This document shows positions 1-10,800 of a stretch of DNA of 60,281 bases, in pieces (the first letter of the stretch is position 1; every line of letters begins with the position of its first letter). Source of the DNA: an uncultured Muribaculaceae bacterium (GTDB lineage: Bacteria; Bacillota_I; Bacilli_A; RF39; UBA660); assembly GCA_964430695.1 (NCBI GenBank), contig CAYSFO010000002.1:1-60281 (forward strand), read 5' to 3'. A program made the position numbers and the translations under genes. The notes under the pieces are model-generated. The model searched no databases, was not told where the DNA came from, and saw only the letters and a program-made list of their open reading frames with translations.

Positions 1-249
1 ATCTGTTGGTCTACCTTCTCTTTTAATAAATCCACCAGGAATTTTACCTACAGAATATAACTTTTCTTGGTATAAAACGGTTAAAGGAAAGAAATCTGCC
101 GTAATGGTATTTTTTCCCATGACACATACAGATAAAATAACTGTATCCCCGTATCTTACAAGTACTGAACCATTTGCTTGTTTGGCTAATTCTCCTGTTT
201 CAACAACTAATTCTCTTCCTAAAAAATCTAATTTAAATACTTTTTTCAT
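1..249 (-). CDS. pnp: polynucleotide phosphorylase, N-terminal fragment (gene runs off left edge)
   Basis: Absent from the ORF track because truncated. Translation from ATG at 249 gives [40 protein letters not shown]...[16 protein letters not shown], a typical PNPase N-terminus. GGAGGT SD lies upstream. rpsO-pnp synteny is conserved. Confidence 0.85.
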   Translation of the reverse strand, partial: MKKVFKLDFLGRELVVETGELAKQANGSVLVRYGDTVILSVCVMGKNTITADFFPLTVLYQEKLYSVGKIPGGFIKREGRPTD

Positions 250-263
250 CACTACCTCCAAAA

Positions 264-297
264 TGCAAAAAAGGCACTTTAAAAAACAAGTGCCTTA
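264..297 (-). terminator. intrinsic terminator/attenuator between rpsO and pnp
   Basis: 9-bp stem AAGGCACUU/AAGUGCCUU (271-279 with 288-296) followed by a U-run on the minus strand. Overlaps the rpsO stop codon. Confidence 0.6.
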
Positions 298-564
298 TTT
301 TCTTATATTTAATTTTTCGATTAAGTTTCTATATGCAACTACATCGTTTTCTTTTAAATAGTCTAATAATTTTCTTCTTTTACCAACCATCATTAAAAGT
401 CCTCTTTTAGAATGAAAATCATGGATATGCACTTTTAAGTGTTCTGTTAAGCTATTAATCTTCTTTGTAAGAATAGCTACTTGTACTTCTGTAGATCCAC
501 AATCACGCTCATTTTTACCAAATTCTTTAATGATTTTAGCTTTTTCTTCTTTTGTAATAGACAT
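295..564 (-). CDS. rpsO: 30S ribosomal protein S15
   Basis: 89 aa. [16 protein letters not shown]...[23 protein letters not shown] is the canonical S15 sequence. Confidence 0.95.
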   Translation of the reverse strand: MSITKEEKAKIIKEFGKNERDCGSTEVQVAILTKKINSLTEHLKVHIHDFHSKRGLLMMVGKRRKLLDYLKENDVVAYRNLIEKLNIRK

Positions 565-645
565 TTCTTTTCCTCCTTTTTAATAATCGGTTTAAACTGA
601 GTTAGAATTTGAGGAACTTTCTAACCAAGAATAAACTTCCTATTC

Positions 646-674
646 ATTATATTATGAACAATTCTAAAAATCAA
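646..674 (-). promoter_or_regulatory. sigmaA-type promoter of rpsO
   Basis: Minus strand TTGATT (674-669), 17-nt spacer, TATAAT (651-646). An ~80-nt leader follows with alternative hairpins (UUAGAA/UUCUAA), possibly an S15 autoregulatory leader. Confidence 0.55.
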
Positions 675-685
675 TGCTTTTTTCG

Positions 686-1195
686 TTACTTTCTTGTTAA
701 ATCTTCCTCGTTTTCCAAACGTAATTTATTTAATTCGTCAAAAAATAAATTGTCAATATGCAAACTAGACATAAAATCAGTATCTATAAAGCCCACCATT
801 CTTTTTACAAAGGCCTTTTTTAATTTTAATCCTTCTTCATAAGTAAAACATTCTATAATGAGTGGCAACCAATATGGAATCATACCAATAGCACCATTTT
901 CAATTTCAGTTATATAGCTATCAATACCATATTCTCTTATAAAAGTAACGCGTGTTAAAAATTCATTTAAATTTGTAGGAAGATACTTAGATATTTCTAT
1001 ATCATAAATTTGATTTAAGTCTTCGCTATAATCAATTGCTCTTTCTATATCTAACATAGAAATTATATGGGCATTTAATATTTTATCATGATAAGTTTCC
1101 CCATTTAGTGCACATTGTTCATAAGTAAATATATTTCCATTATATATTTTATTATAAATGACTTCAGCTATTCTCCTTGTTTCTATATCTACCAT
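686..1195 (-). CDS. hypothetical protein (169 aa), orphan at the position normally held by ribF
   Basis: Long ORF flanked by the truB terminator upstream and the rpsO promoter downstream. No recognisable motifs. Confidence 0.55.
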   Translation of the reverse strand: MVDIETRRIAEVIYNKIYNGNIFTYEQCALNGETYHDKILNAHIISMLDIERAIDYSEDLNQIYDIEISKYLPTNLNEFLTRVTFIREYGIDSYITEIENGAIGMIPYWLPLIIECFTYEEGLKLKKAFVKRMVGFIDTDFMSSLHIDNLFFDELNKLRLENEEDLTRK

Positions 1196-1283
1196 AAAAA
1201 ATTCCTTTCTAATCTATTATAGGGAAAGTAATTGTATACTACCATAAACAAAAATAAAATACAAACCTTAATTTTGTCATCAT

Positions 1284-1311
1284 ATAAAAATAAGTCCAAT
1301 TCGGACTTGTT
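1284..1311 (-). terminator. intrinsic terminator after truB
   Basis: AAGUCC-N5-GGACUU stem (1292-1297 with 1303-1308) followed by AUUUUUAU on the minus strand. Confidence 0.55.
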
Positions 1312-1314
1312 TTA

Positions 1315-2157
1315 TTATATTAAGCGAAAATAAGATGTATAAACATTAACTGTTTTTTGATAAATAGCAATAATTTTTTTATCATATTCTAAAAACAAAT
1401 AGGCATCACTTCTATTTAATTCTAGAGATGCACCATTCTTAACTTTAAAAAATTCTTCTTCCTTTAATTTATAATGAGGATAATTAAATAAATCTTCTAC
1501 TGTTAATAACTTATTTTCAAAATTAGCAGCATCTTGTAAAGAAATAGAACTATTTATTGTAAATAAACCCTGTCTCGTTCTTTTTAAACTACTCATTGTT
1601 CCAAGTATACCCATTTTTTCACATATATCTCGAATTAAACTACGAATATAAGTTCCTTTAGAAACAACAACTCGAAATGTTATTTCATCCCCTTCATTTT
1701 TTAAAAGTTCGATTTCATTTATCTCAATTTCTCGTTTAGGAAGATTGACTTCTTCTCCGTTTCTTGCATATTCATATAACTTTTTACCATTTATTTTTAC
1801 TGCTGCATATTTTGGTACTTCTTGCATACTTTTTCCTAAAAATGAATCTAATGTGTTCATAAGTACTTGAGTATCCACACTTGTATTTTCATTCTTTTCT
1901 AGAACAGTTCCTGTATTATCCAACGTATCTGTTTTTATCCCTAATTTTATAGTAGCAATATATTCTTTATCATAACAGGTAATTTTATCCACTAACTTTG
2001 TATATTTTCCAATACAAATGACTAAAACACCAGTAGCCATTGGATCAAGGGTACCTGTATGCCCAACTTTTTTCGTATTTAATTGCTTACTTATAATATT
2101 TACAACGTCACGACTCGTATACCCACTTTCTTTGTTGATAACTAGAATTCCATTCAT
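1315..2157 (-). CDS. truB: tRNA pseudouridine(55) synthase TruB
   Basis: 280 aa. N-terminal GILVINKESGYTSRDVV...VGHTGTLDPMATGVL catalytic-Asp motif. Synteny with rbfA. Confidence 0.93.
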   Translation of the reverse strand: MNGILVINKESGYTSRDVVNIISKQLNTKKVGHTGTLDPMATGVLVICIGKYTKLVDKITCYDKEYIATIKLGIKTDTLDNTGTVLEKNENTSVDTQVLMNTLDSFLGKSMQEVPKYAAVKINGKKLYEYARNGEEVNLPKREIEINEIELLKNEGDEITFRVVVSKGTYIRSLIRDICEKMGILGTMSSLKRTRQGLFTINSSISLQDAANFENKLLTVEDLFNYPHYKLKEEEFFKVKNGASLELNRSDAYLFLEYDKKIIAIYQKTVNVYTSYFRLI

Positions 2158-2169
2158 ATATTGCTCATT

Positions 2170-2664
2170 TCATTTTAAAGAAGGTAGTTCTTTTAATTCT
2201 AATGCTTGTTGCCATAAAGATTCTATTTCTGCTTTAATTTCCTCGCATTGATATTGCATTTTTCTTTTGTCCAAATCGCTCATTTTAGAATTTCTTACTT
2301 CTAGTGTATATTTCAAACTTTTTAAGCTTAAAATACGTTTGTCAATAACTACCAACAATCCAGCCATATCTTTATCATACAAATCTTCTTTTCTAAAAAG
2401 GATTTCTTCTTCCCCTTCCCAATGAAGATTGTTTTCATTTAAAAAGTGTAGAAGAAATATAATACTAATTAAACTAATATGGCTTCTGGGAGATTGAAGA
2501 TACTCTAGTATACTTTTGCTCAATAAATCCCCCACAAAATAAACGTTATCAGCCATTAAAGTTGTCTGTGTAGAAAAAGGAATTGTATCTAAAGGATATA
2601 AATGTAAGGAATGTATTGGCGTGGTCCTATTTATCTGTTTCATTAAAATTTTCCTCTCCTTCAT
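2170..2664 (-). CDS. hypothetical protein (up to 164 aa; start uncertain)
   Basis: ORF between rbfA and truB. The first ATG overlaps the rbfA 3' end by 38 nt; alternative ATGs at 2643 and 2556. No recognisable motif. Confidence 0.4.
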   Translation of the reverse strand: MKERKILMKQINRTTPIHSLHLYPLDTIPFSTQTTLMADNVYFVGDLLSKSILEYLQSPRSHISLISIIFLLHFLNENNLHWEGEEEILFRKEDLYDKDMAGLLVVIDKRILSLKSLKYTLEVRNSKMSDLDKRKMQYQCEEIKAEIESLWQQALELKELPSLK

Positions 2665-2995
2665 GAATTTCTTTTAAAATACGTTCTATTTTATCTCCAT
2701 AAGCAATGGATTCATCATAAATGAATTTTAATTTAGGTGTATTTCGTAAATCCATTTTTTCTGCAACTTGAAGACGAATAAAAGAGGATGCTTCTTCCAT
2801 TTCGTGCTCTAATTCACTATGCGTTTTTTCACTTAAGCTAGTAAAATATACTTTGGCAGAAGATAAGTCAGGTGCAACATCACAACCCGTGATGGTAATG
2901 GTTTTCATAAGTGCATCTCTTGCTTCTTCTTGCAAGATTTCACTAATGACACGAATCATTTCTGATGCAATACGTTTCATTTTAATACTACTCAT
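2627..2995 (-). CDS. rbfA: ribosome-binding factor A
   Basis: 122 aa. RIASEMIRVISEIL...ITGCDVAPDLSSAKVYF pattern typical of RbfA. 4-nt overlap with infB. Confidence 0.9.
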   Translation of the reverse strand: MSSIKMKRIASEMIRVISEILQEEARDALMKTITITGCDVAPDLSSAKVYFTSLSEKTHSELEHEMEEASSFIRLQVAEKMDLRNTPKLKFIYDESIAYGDKIERILKEIHEGEENFNETDK

Positions 2996-5106
2996 GAACG
3001 TTCCACCTCAACCATTTCGTAAACTTCTATTGTGTCTGCTTCTTTTATATCACTAAAGTTTTCTAACGTGATTCCACATTCAAAACCTTTTTTCACTTCT
3101 TTTACCGTATCTTTTTCTCTTTGGACACTTGCTATTTTACCGTCATAAATCACGATGCCATCACGAATTACTCTTGCTAATGCTCCATTTTTAATAATTC
3201 CTTCTGTTACATAAGAACCTGCAATATTACCCACTTTAGAGAATTTAAATATTTTACGTATTGTTGCACTACCAAGTTCCTTCTCTTCAAACTCAGGATC
3301 TAACATACCTTTCATTGCTAGTTCCATTTCTTCAACAACTTTATAAATAATGGTATATAAACGAATTTCTACATTGTATTCTTTTGCCACTTCTTTGGTA
3401 ATATTTGATGGACTTACATTAAATCCAATGATAATTGCATTACTAGCATTGGCAAGTACAACATCACTTTCCGTAATAGTTCCAATACCACTACGAATGA
3501 CTTTTACTTTCACAGATTCAATGTCAATTTTTTCTAATGCGTTACGAACTGCTTCTTCACTACCTCTAACGTCTGCTTTTAACACAACATTAATTTCTTT
3601 TTGACCAGCATTGATTTTATTAAATAAATCATCTAAAGTTAAACTTGTACGATTCATTCTTGCATCTCTTGCCGCTGTTGCACGTTTATCAGCAATTGTC
3701 TTTGCTTCACTTTCTGTTTCAAATGCCATAAATTTATCTCCAGCACTTGGATTGTCAGAAAGTCCTGTAATTTCAACTGGTGTAGAAGGTCCAGCACTTA
3801 CAATAGATTCCCCTAAATCATTTTTCATCGTACGAATCTTACCTGAACAAGTTCCAACAACAACTGGATCTCCTAAACGTAAAGTACCATTTTGAATTAA
3901 CAAGGAAGCAACTCCACCAATATTTTTATCCAATCGGCTCTCAATAACAGAACCAACAGCATAACGATTTGGATTGGCTTTTAAATCACTTACTTCACTA
4001 ATGGTTTGAATGGTTTCAAGAAGTAAATCAATTCCCTCACCTGTATGGGCTGAAATATCAACAAATGGATATTCTCCACCCCATTCTTCTGGTGTAATTC
4101 CTGCTTCACTCATCTCTTGGCGAATTCTCTCTTTATTCGCTTCTGGTTTATCTATTTTATTAACAGCAACTACAATAGGAACATTTGCTGCTTTCGCATG
4201 GTCAATTGCTTCTTTTGTTTGAGGCATTACCCCGTCATCTGCAGCAACAATGATAATAACAATATCAGTTACACTTGCCCCACGCGCACGCATTTCCGTA
4301 AATGCAGCATGTCCTGGAGTATCAATGAATGTGATTTTACTTCCATTATGTTCTACTTGATAAGCACCAATATGTTGCGTGATACCACCAAATTCGCTTT
4401 CGGTTACCTTAGAGTGTCTAATATAATCAAGTAAACTTGTTTTTCCATGGTCAACATGTCCCATAATCGTAACTACTGGAGGACGGGGTTCCAAATCACT
4501 CTCATTATCTGTAATTTCATATTCTTCAAAATTGGCAACATCTTGCGTTTCTTCCATTTTTAATGTCTTGTTATAATCCATAGCAATTAAAGAAGCATTT
4601 TCAAAATCAATCGCTTGGTTAAGACTTACCATTAATCCTAAACCAATTAACTTTTTAATTACATCATTAGCATTGACATCAAGAGCATCAGAAAGTTCTT
4701 TCACACTCATATTTTCTTTGTAAAGAACAATACTTTCATCCACGGTGTTTTTCATTAGTTTTTCTTTATGTTTATACATTTCCTTACGTTTAGACATATA
4801 TTCTTCTTTACTACTTGCTATCTGACTCTTCTTCTTTAATTTTTGTTTTTTCTCACCATCATTGATTGCAGCTAATTTACTACTTTCCATAATCTCTTCT
4901 ACAACTTCATCAATGTCATCATTATCCTCTAAAGTAGCTTCTGTATCTGTGCTAATTAAGCTAATAGCATTATCTAAAATAATAACATCATCTTCACTTA
5001 ATTCATCACTAGCGTTTTTTACTTCTATTCCTAATTCTCTCGCTTTTTTTAATACTTCTGCAACAGATAAATCCATACTTACTGCATATTCACTTACACT
5101 CATCAT
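2992..5106 (-). CDS. infB: translation initiation factor IF-2
   Basis: 704 aa. GTPase motifs [17 protein letters not shown]. Conserved C-terminal domains. Confidence 0.97.
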   Translation of the reverse strand: MMSVSEYAVSMDLSVAEVLKKARELGIEVKNASDELSEDDVIILDNAISLISTDTEATLEDNDDIDEVVEEIMESSKLAAINDGEKKQKLKKKSQIASSKEEYMSKRKEMYKHKEKLMKNTVDESIVLYKENMSVKELSDALDVNANDVIKKLIGLGLMVSLNQAIDFENASLIAMDYNKTLKMEETQDVANFEEYEITDNESDLEPRPPVVTIMGHVDHGKTSLLDYIRHSKVTESEFGGITQHIGAYQVEHNGSKITFIDTPGHAAFTEMRARGASVTDIVIIIVAADDGVMPQTKEAIDHAKAANVPIVVAVNKIDKPEANKERIRQEMSEAGITPEEWGGEYPFVDISAHTGEGIDLLLETIQTISEVSDLKANPNRYAVGSVIESRLDKNIGGVASLLIQNGTLRLGDPVVVGTCSGKIRTMKNDLGESIVSAGPSTPVEITGLSDNPSAGDKFMAFETESEAKTIADKRATAARDARMNRTSLTLDDLFNKINAGQKEINVVLKADVRGSEEAVRNALEKIDIESVKVKVIRSGIGTITESDVVLANASNAIIIGFNVSPSNITKEVAKEYNVEIRLYTIIYKVVEEMELAMKGMLDPEFEEKELGSATIRKIFKFSKVGNIAGSYVTEGIIKNGALARVIRDGIVIYDGKIASVQREKDTVKEVKKGFECGITLENFSDIKEADTIEVYEMVEVERS

Positions 5107-5381
5107 TTGACTTCACCTTCCTTTTCTAATAAATTAATCATTTCATCATACAAACTATCCGGTATACTGATTTCTAAAGTTCTATCTAATATTTTATTTT
5201 TTCGAGCTTTGTTTATGACATCTTTCTCTTTTTTTAGATAAGCGCCTTTGCCATTTGCTTTTGAAGTTTCATCGATTTTAACTTCTCCTTCTGGTGTTCT
5301 AACAATTCTTAAAAGCTCTCTTTTTTCAAATCTTTCTCGTGTAACTACACACATACGTAAAGGTATTTTCTTTTGTTTCAT
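5103..5381 (-). CDS. ylxR: YlxR/RnpM family RNA-binding protein (DUF448)
   Basis: 92 aa. PLRMCVVTRE...GKGAYL motif. Sits between nusA and infB and overlaps the infB start by 4 nt. Confidence 0.85.
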   Translation of the reverse strand: MKQKKIPLRMCVVTRERFEKRELLRIVRTPEGEVKIDETSKANGKGAYLKKEKDVINKARKNKILDRTLEISIPDSLYDEMINLLEKEGEVK

Positions 5382-5404
5382 TTATGATACCTCCTTATAA
5401 TTTT

Positions 5405-5809
5405 TTATTTTTCCAAGATTGCTGTAACTTCTATTTCAATTTTTGAACCGCTTCTTACAAATCCTCCCACTTCTACCATAGTAGAAACTGGCATTGCATT
5501 TTTAAAATATTCTGCTCTTATAGGAGATACGATTTCAAAATCATGAATATCTTTTAAGTAAATTACTGCTTTTACAACGTTATCTAAAGTAGCTCCAGCT
5601 TGTTTTAAAATATCGTTAATTTCTTCAAATACCAATCTTGTTTGTTCTGCTACATCCTCGGTTGCAACTTCGTTGATTTCACCTTTAGGTGCTTGAACTC
5701 CTGAAACAAAAATCAAATAAGCATTTCCTATATCAATTTTTTTAGCTGGAGTATATACTCCTTTCATTACATATCCTTCAGGTTTTATATTTTCAATCAT
5801 ATTATTCAC
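5405..5809 (-). CDS. RidA/YjgF family reactive-intermediate deaminase-like protein
   Basis: 134 aa. VSGVQ...VEQTRLVFEEINDILKQAGATLDNVVKAVIYL...VEVGGF...IEIEV pattern of the YjgF/RidA fold. 8-nt overlap with the nusA 3' end. Confidence 0.8.
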   Translation of the reverse strand: MNNMIENIKPEGYVMKGVYTPAKKIDIGNAYLIFVSGVQAPKGEINEVATEDVAEQTRLVFEEINDILKQAGATLDNVVKAVIYLKDIHDFEIVSPIRAEYFKNAMPVSTMVEVGGFVRSGSKIEIEVTAILEK

Positions 5810-6920
5810 CTTTATTGCCTTCTTCGTTAATTTGAGATAATGTTTTTATTTCAATTTTGTATTTCGTTAGACGACTAGCAAGTTTAATATTGCTTCCTTT
5901 TTTACCAATTGCTAAACTTAAATTTTCATCATTTACAATAGCAAGTGCCTCTTTTTTCATAGGGTCTGTAATATTAACAATGACGTCTTTCGCAGGAGAT
6001 AAGGCATTTTTAATAAATTCTGTTGGGTCTTCATTATATAGAACTAAATCAATACGTTCTCCATTTAATTCTTTTAAAATACTAGCAATTCTACTTCCTC
6101 TTTCTCCAATACAAGCTCCAATCGGATCTATTTTTTCATTAGTAGAATAAACAGCTACTTTGCTACGAATTCCTGCATCTCTTACACAAGCATACAACTG
6201 AATCGTTCCATCGGCAAGTTCTGGGATTTCCGTTTCAAATAATCTACGTACAAATCCATAATGTTTTCGACTTAGTAAAATAAGTGGCCCTTTTGTGGTA
6301 GCTTCTACTTTGGTTACATATACTTTTATACTTGAGCCCATTTTCACTTCTTCCTCTGGTATCATTTCGCCTTTTGGAAGGATTCCACGGGTTCTACCTA
6401 GATCAACATAGTAGTTTTTGGCATCTTCCATTGCAAGCATTCCTACCATCATTTCGCCTTCTTTATCTTGGAATTCTTCAATAATACTGTTTCTTTCTGC
6501 TTCACGAATTTTTTGATTGATGACTTGTTTAGCTGTTGATGTTGCCACTCTACCAAAATCTTTTGGAGTTACTTCTTTTTCAATTGTCTCTCCTACTTTG
6601 ATGCCTGGAACAATTTCTTCAGCATCTTCAAGTAGAATTTGAGCGTCTTCATTGATTTCAGGTGGAATTCTTGTTACATTTCCATCTTCATCCACTTCTT
6701 CACTACCTTCATCATAATCATCCACAACAACTAAATAAGAAAATACTTTAATTTCTCCTGTTTCACGATTGATATCAACTCTTACGTTTGTTTTTGAATC
6801 AAAATTCTTTTTATATGCTGTTGCAAGAGCAAGTTCCATAGCTTCTAATACTACTTCACGACTGATGTTTTTCTCTTCTACAATATGGTCAAGTGCCTTT
6901 AAAAACTCTTCTGCATTCAT
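5802..6920 (-). CDS. nusA: transcription termination/antitermination factor NusA
   Basis: 372 aa. N-terminal domain, S1 domain and two KH domains (ACIGERGSRI, AIGKKGSNIKLAS). Confidence 0.95.
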   Translation of the reverse strand: MNAEEFLKALDHIVEEKNISREVVLEAMELALATAYKKNFDSKTNVRVDINRETGEIKVFSYLVVVDDYDEGSEEVDEDGNVTRIPPEINEDAQILLEDAEEIVPGIKVGETIEKEVTPKDFGRVATSTAKQVINQKIREAERNSIIEEFQDKEGEMMVGMLAMEDAKNYYVDLGRTRGILPKGEMIPEEEVKMGSSIKVYVTKVEATTKGPLILLSRKHYGFVRRLFETEIPELADGTIQLYACVRDAGIRSKVAVYSTNEKIDPIGACIGERGSRIASILKELNGERIDLVLYNEDPTEFIKNALSPAKDVIVNITDPMKKEALAIVNDENLSLAIGKKGSNIKLASRLTKYKIEIKTLSQINEEGNKGE

Positions 6921-7177
6921 TATTCATTCCCTCTTTCTTTACTTAAAACATCTAATATATATTCTTCTTCTATTAAATCCAATTCGTCTAATATCGGATT
7001 AATCATATTCGTAGCCATTACAATGGTGTCTAAATCAATTCCGCCCGTTTTATCAAGTACGATACGTAAAAAATTATAATTTCCTTCTTTTTCATACGTA
7101 ATACTATCTACGATAATCTCTTCTTTTTTTAAAACCTCTTCTATACTCTTTCTTATAGTATCTAAAGTTTTTTCCAT
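6920..7177 (-). CDS. rimP: ribosome maturation factor RimP, short form (N-terminal domain only)
   Basis: 85 aa. The position immediately upstream of nusA and the ...FLRIVLDKTGGIDLD...ILDVLSKERG pattern match the RimP N-domain. The C-terminal domain is absent and the last base is shared with the nusA start. Confidence 0.65.
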   Translation of the reverse strand: MEKTLDTIRKSIEEVLKKEEIIVDSITYEKEGNYNFLRIVLDKTGGIDLDTIVMATNMINPILDELDLIEEEYILDVLSKERGNE

Positions 7178-7199
7178 ACATCACCTCAATCAATAATAA

Positions 7200-7221
7200 A
7201 AGTGGGATTTTCTGCCCACTT
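7200..7221 (-). promoter_or_regulatory. terminator-like hairpin in the rimP-nusA leader
   Basis: AAGUGGG-N8-CCCACUU followed by UUUAUUAUU, just upstream of the rimP SD (minus strand). Confidence 0.35.
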
Positions 7222-7320
7222 AAATCTGTTACACATATTCTAACACATGTTTTTTTAAAATAAAAGCATAATTTTGTTTATTTAGGTTAATTTTAGGAAA
7301 AAATAGTACTAGGTGATACT

Positions 7321-7836
7321 ATGGAACTATTCTTTTTATGTTTAAAAATCTTTTTAGCCAGAATTTTAGATGTTTCTATTGGCACGGTTCGAACCATGTT
7401 AATGGTAAAAGGAAAAACATTATTTATGGCTATTCTTGCTTTTTTTGAAGTTTTTATTTGGTTTATTATTGCTAGAGAAGCACTTATCACGGATGTAAAA
7501 AGTTTTTTTATTCCCATCTCTTATTCTTTTGGATATGCAACAGGTACATTGATAGGTTCTTTTATATCTAATACTTTTATTAAAGGAATTGTTGGTGTAC
7601 AAGTAGTTATTGAAAAAGGAAATAAAGCACTGCTTACCGCAATTCGTAAACACGGCTATGCTGTTTCTGTTATCGATTTAAAAGATGATTACAACGGAAA
7701 TAAAAGAAATATGTTATATTTTCAAATCAATAATCGAAATTTAAAAAAGCTAATTGCTTTAATTAAAAAGTACGATGCTAATGCATTTATTGTAGTAAAT
7801 GATACAAAAGCAGTACAAAATGGGTTTATTAAATAA
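7321..7836 (+). CDS. UPF0316 family membrane protein (DUF2179 C-terminal domain)
   Basis: 171 aa. N-terminal RILDVSIGTVRTMLMVKGK plus 3 TM helices, then a soluble C-terminal domain, as in B. subtilis YebE-type proteins. Confidence 0.75.
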   Translation: MELFFLCLKIFLARILDVSIGTVRTMLMVKGKTLFMAILAFFEVFIWFIIAREALITDVKSFFIPISYSFGYATGTLIGSFISNTFIKGIVGVQVVIEKGNKALLTAIRKHGYAVSVIDLKDDYNGNKRNMLYFQINNRNLKKLIALIKKYDANAFIVVNDTKAVQNGFIK

Positions 7837-7873
7837 AAAAAGGAAGCATTATTTCATGTTTCCTTATTAATAT

Positions 7874-10800
7874 TTACTTTTTTGCTAAAAGTAAAGCTTT
7901 TCCGGCACATCTATCTACATTTTTTGCTAAATGATGATATTTATTTCCATTAGCTACAAATTGTATTTTAAATTCACCAGTAATAGAATACTTAGCAGTA
8001 CCTGCAGATTTAAACTCAACATAGTCATTGTTTCTTATTCCATTATATAAGGCATCATTCATTGCTCTTAGTACTTCTGGTTGTATTTCTGCTCGAGTAA
8101 ACGCAGCGGCTTTACTTGCATCCCAAACTGTAAATTGTCCAGGTGCTGAGACTACAGCAAGAAGAGAGTCTGCATAAGAATAACGTCCATCTTCCATACG
8201 ATTTAAAATGACAGATGTAACTCCTAAAGCATCTTCATAACTTCCATCTAAAGATTCTTGTTGTACTACATATGCTACTTGTAAAAATTCTTCTTCCGAA
8301 ACAGTGTAAGTTGTATTTTCCATAGTTAAATGATATCCTGCAACAATTTCATTGACATCATATGGAACGATTTCAACATCACTTAATATTTCTTGTCCCA
8401 CATTTATAGTTTCTTCCTCTAGTTGAGTTTCTTCTACAGATGCAATAGGTTCTTCTGATACTTCAGCCTCTGCTTGGGTTTCTTCTATAATTTCTTCTTC
8501 ATCTAGATTTTCATTTACTATTTCTTTAGTTTCGGGTTCTTCTGGTTCTTCTTCATTCGTTTTAGAAGTTTCTTCACTACTAGCTATATCCATACTTGCA
8601 AGTTGTACATCTCCATTAGCAATGCCTAATTCTGTTTCTATAGTTACTATTTCGTCAACAGGTTTAGTAAGTTTTGGTTCTTTAGGAGGTTCTTCTATAT
8701 CTCCCTCCGCATTACTTTTACCCTCTTTTATATCATCTTTTGCACTTGCTAAATCTATTTCTCCTTCCACTAGATCAGGAATCATTTCTTCTACTATAGT
8801 AACACCACTTTCTTCTTGTTTTTCCTGTATTTCAGGAACGAAATCTGTACTTATGGCATCTAAGATCGTAGCATTTTCTTCTTTTTGATTTTCCGGAATC
8901 ATTACATCGGCAAATAAAATTTCTAAATCATTTATATTATTTATCTCAGTTACAGTACTATTTCTAGAAGAAGTTGTTGTATTTTCCATTTCCACTGTAT
9001 TTTCTAAAACCGGTTTAGATTCTGCCGTATTTGTAACATTTGATTTGCTTAGAGTTGAAGTAGCTAAAATCGCAACAGCCGCAACAGCAGCCGTTGCCAC
9101 TGCAATCTTCTTATTTACTTTAAATAGTTCATCATTCTCTTTTGGCGTTACATTATCAAGTTCTAAGTAAGCATCCATTATTTTTTCAAAGATTTTTTTA
9201 TATTTTCTATCAAATCTATAAATTCCTATTTCGCTAATATATTGAACACCATGTTTAACTGGTTTATCACATATAGCATCTAATGCTTGTATATAACATG
9301 CTTTTTTAATAGCAATAATTTTAGAATGTAGTGTTTCTTTTGGTTCTTCTACTTCTATTTGTTCTTCCGTTTGATGAGCAAATGCATTATCAAAATAAGG
9401 TTTTCTTTCGATAAATGTTTTTTCGGCATTCATCATTAATTTTGTTGTTTTTAGGGCATTATAATTATCATTATACTGCTTTTTATCCAATGCATTAATA
9501 GAAACTATTTTATTTCCATAATAAACGGTTGCTCTTTCTCCAGTAATTGGTTTAGTTATAATATTTTGAAGTATATATTCAAAATATGAAATTCTTTCTT
9601 CTAAAGATAATTTATTAATTTGCTTCCAATCAATACCTACATAAACTTGATTTTTTTCTGTTAATTTTCTTTCTGCTTCTTTTGCACTTATATATTCTTC
9701 ACAGCATTCATTAAAGTCTTCTTCATCAAATGCATTAATCATAACTGTAAATTTACCAACAGGTATAGGTTTAGCATCTATTTTTGGTGCATTTATAAAC
9801 ATTAGAATTAGATTTCCAAAGTAATTAATTCTTTCTTTTAAAGGCATCTTTTCTGCTTTTTCCCAATCAATAGTGAAAGATGGTTGAGGTTTTAGATATT
9901 CTTCTTTAGCTGCCTCATATTCACGATAACAAATCGTAAATATTTCTTCATCAATGGCATTAATTTTTTGTGTTAATTTTCCAATGGTTACTTCTATTAC
10001 TTCACTTGGATGTAGTTCTGCTTCTTTTACTATTTTAGAAAGTAAATCTAAAAAGTAGTCTGCTTTTTCTTCTGATGATAATGTATTAACATGCTCCCAA
10101 TCAATAGTAACAGATGGTTTTTTGTACTTCTTGATTTGAGCAGCAAATATTTTTTGGGCTTTTTCAAATTTAGATAAACATGTACTAAATCCTTTTTTAG
10201 CAATAACACTTATTCTGTCAAATGTTGGTTGTACTTTTGCTCTGATATATTCTATCGAATTTGCAAATGAAATTTTTTTAATTCTAGAAAGGGCATTTGT
10301 AAAAGGATTTTCTTTTTGATGTAGGAAGAAATACGATAAATCGCTTTCTGGAGTTATTAATTTTTCTGTTATTCCTACTTTGGTTGTTTCAAGAGTTACG
10401 TTTTCTAAAGATTTAGATCTTTTTTTATCTTCTTCTTTTTTCTTGTTTTCTTCTAATAACTCTTTAGCTTTTTTATATTCAGCTAAACTTGTTTTAAATA
10501 CTTCTGCGTCTCTTTTATTTATTGTACATATTGTAGAACCTATTTGTAACGAAATAGGATTTTTTGGATTTGTTTTAGCATTATTTATAATAGATGTTCC
10601 TAGGTCATCAAAATAAGCTATTTTTTCTTCTAAAGATAATCTGCTAACATATTTCCAGTCTATAGAAACAGATGGTTTTTGTAGTTTTTTTACTTTTGCA
10701 ATAAATATTTTTTGGGCTTTTTCAAATTTAGATAAACATGTACTAAATCCTTTTCTAGCAATAACACTTATTCTATCAAATGTTGGTTGTACTTTTGCTC

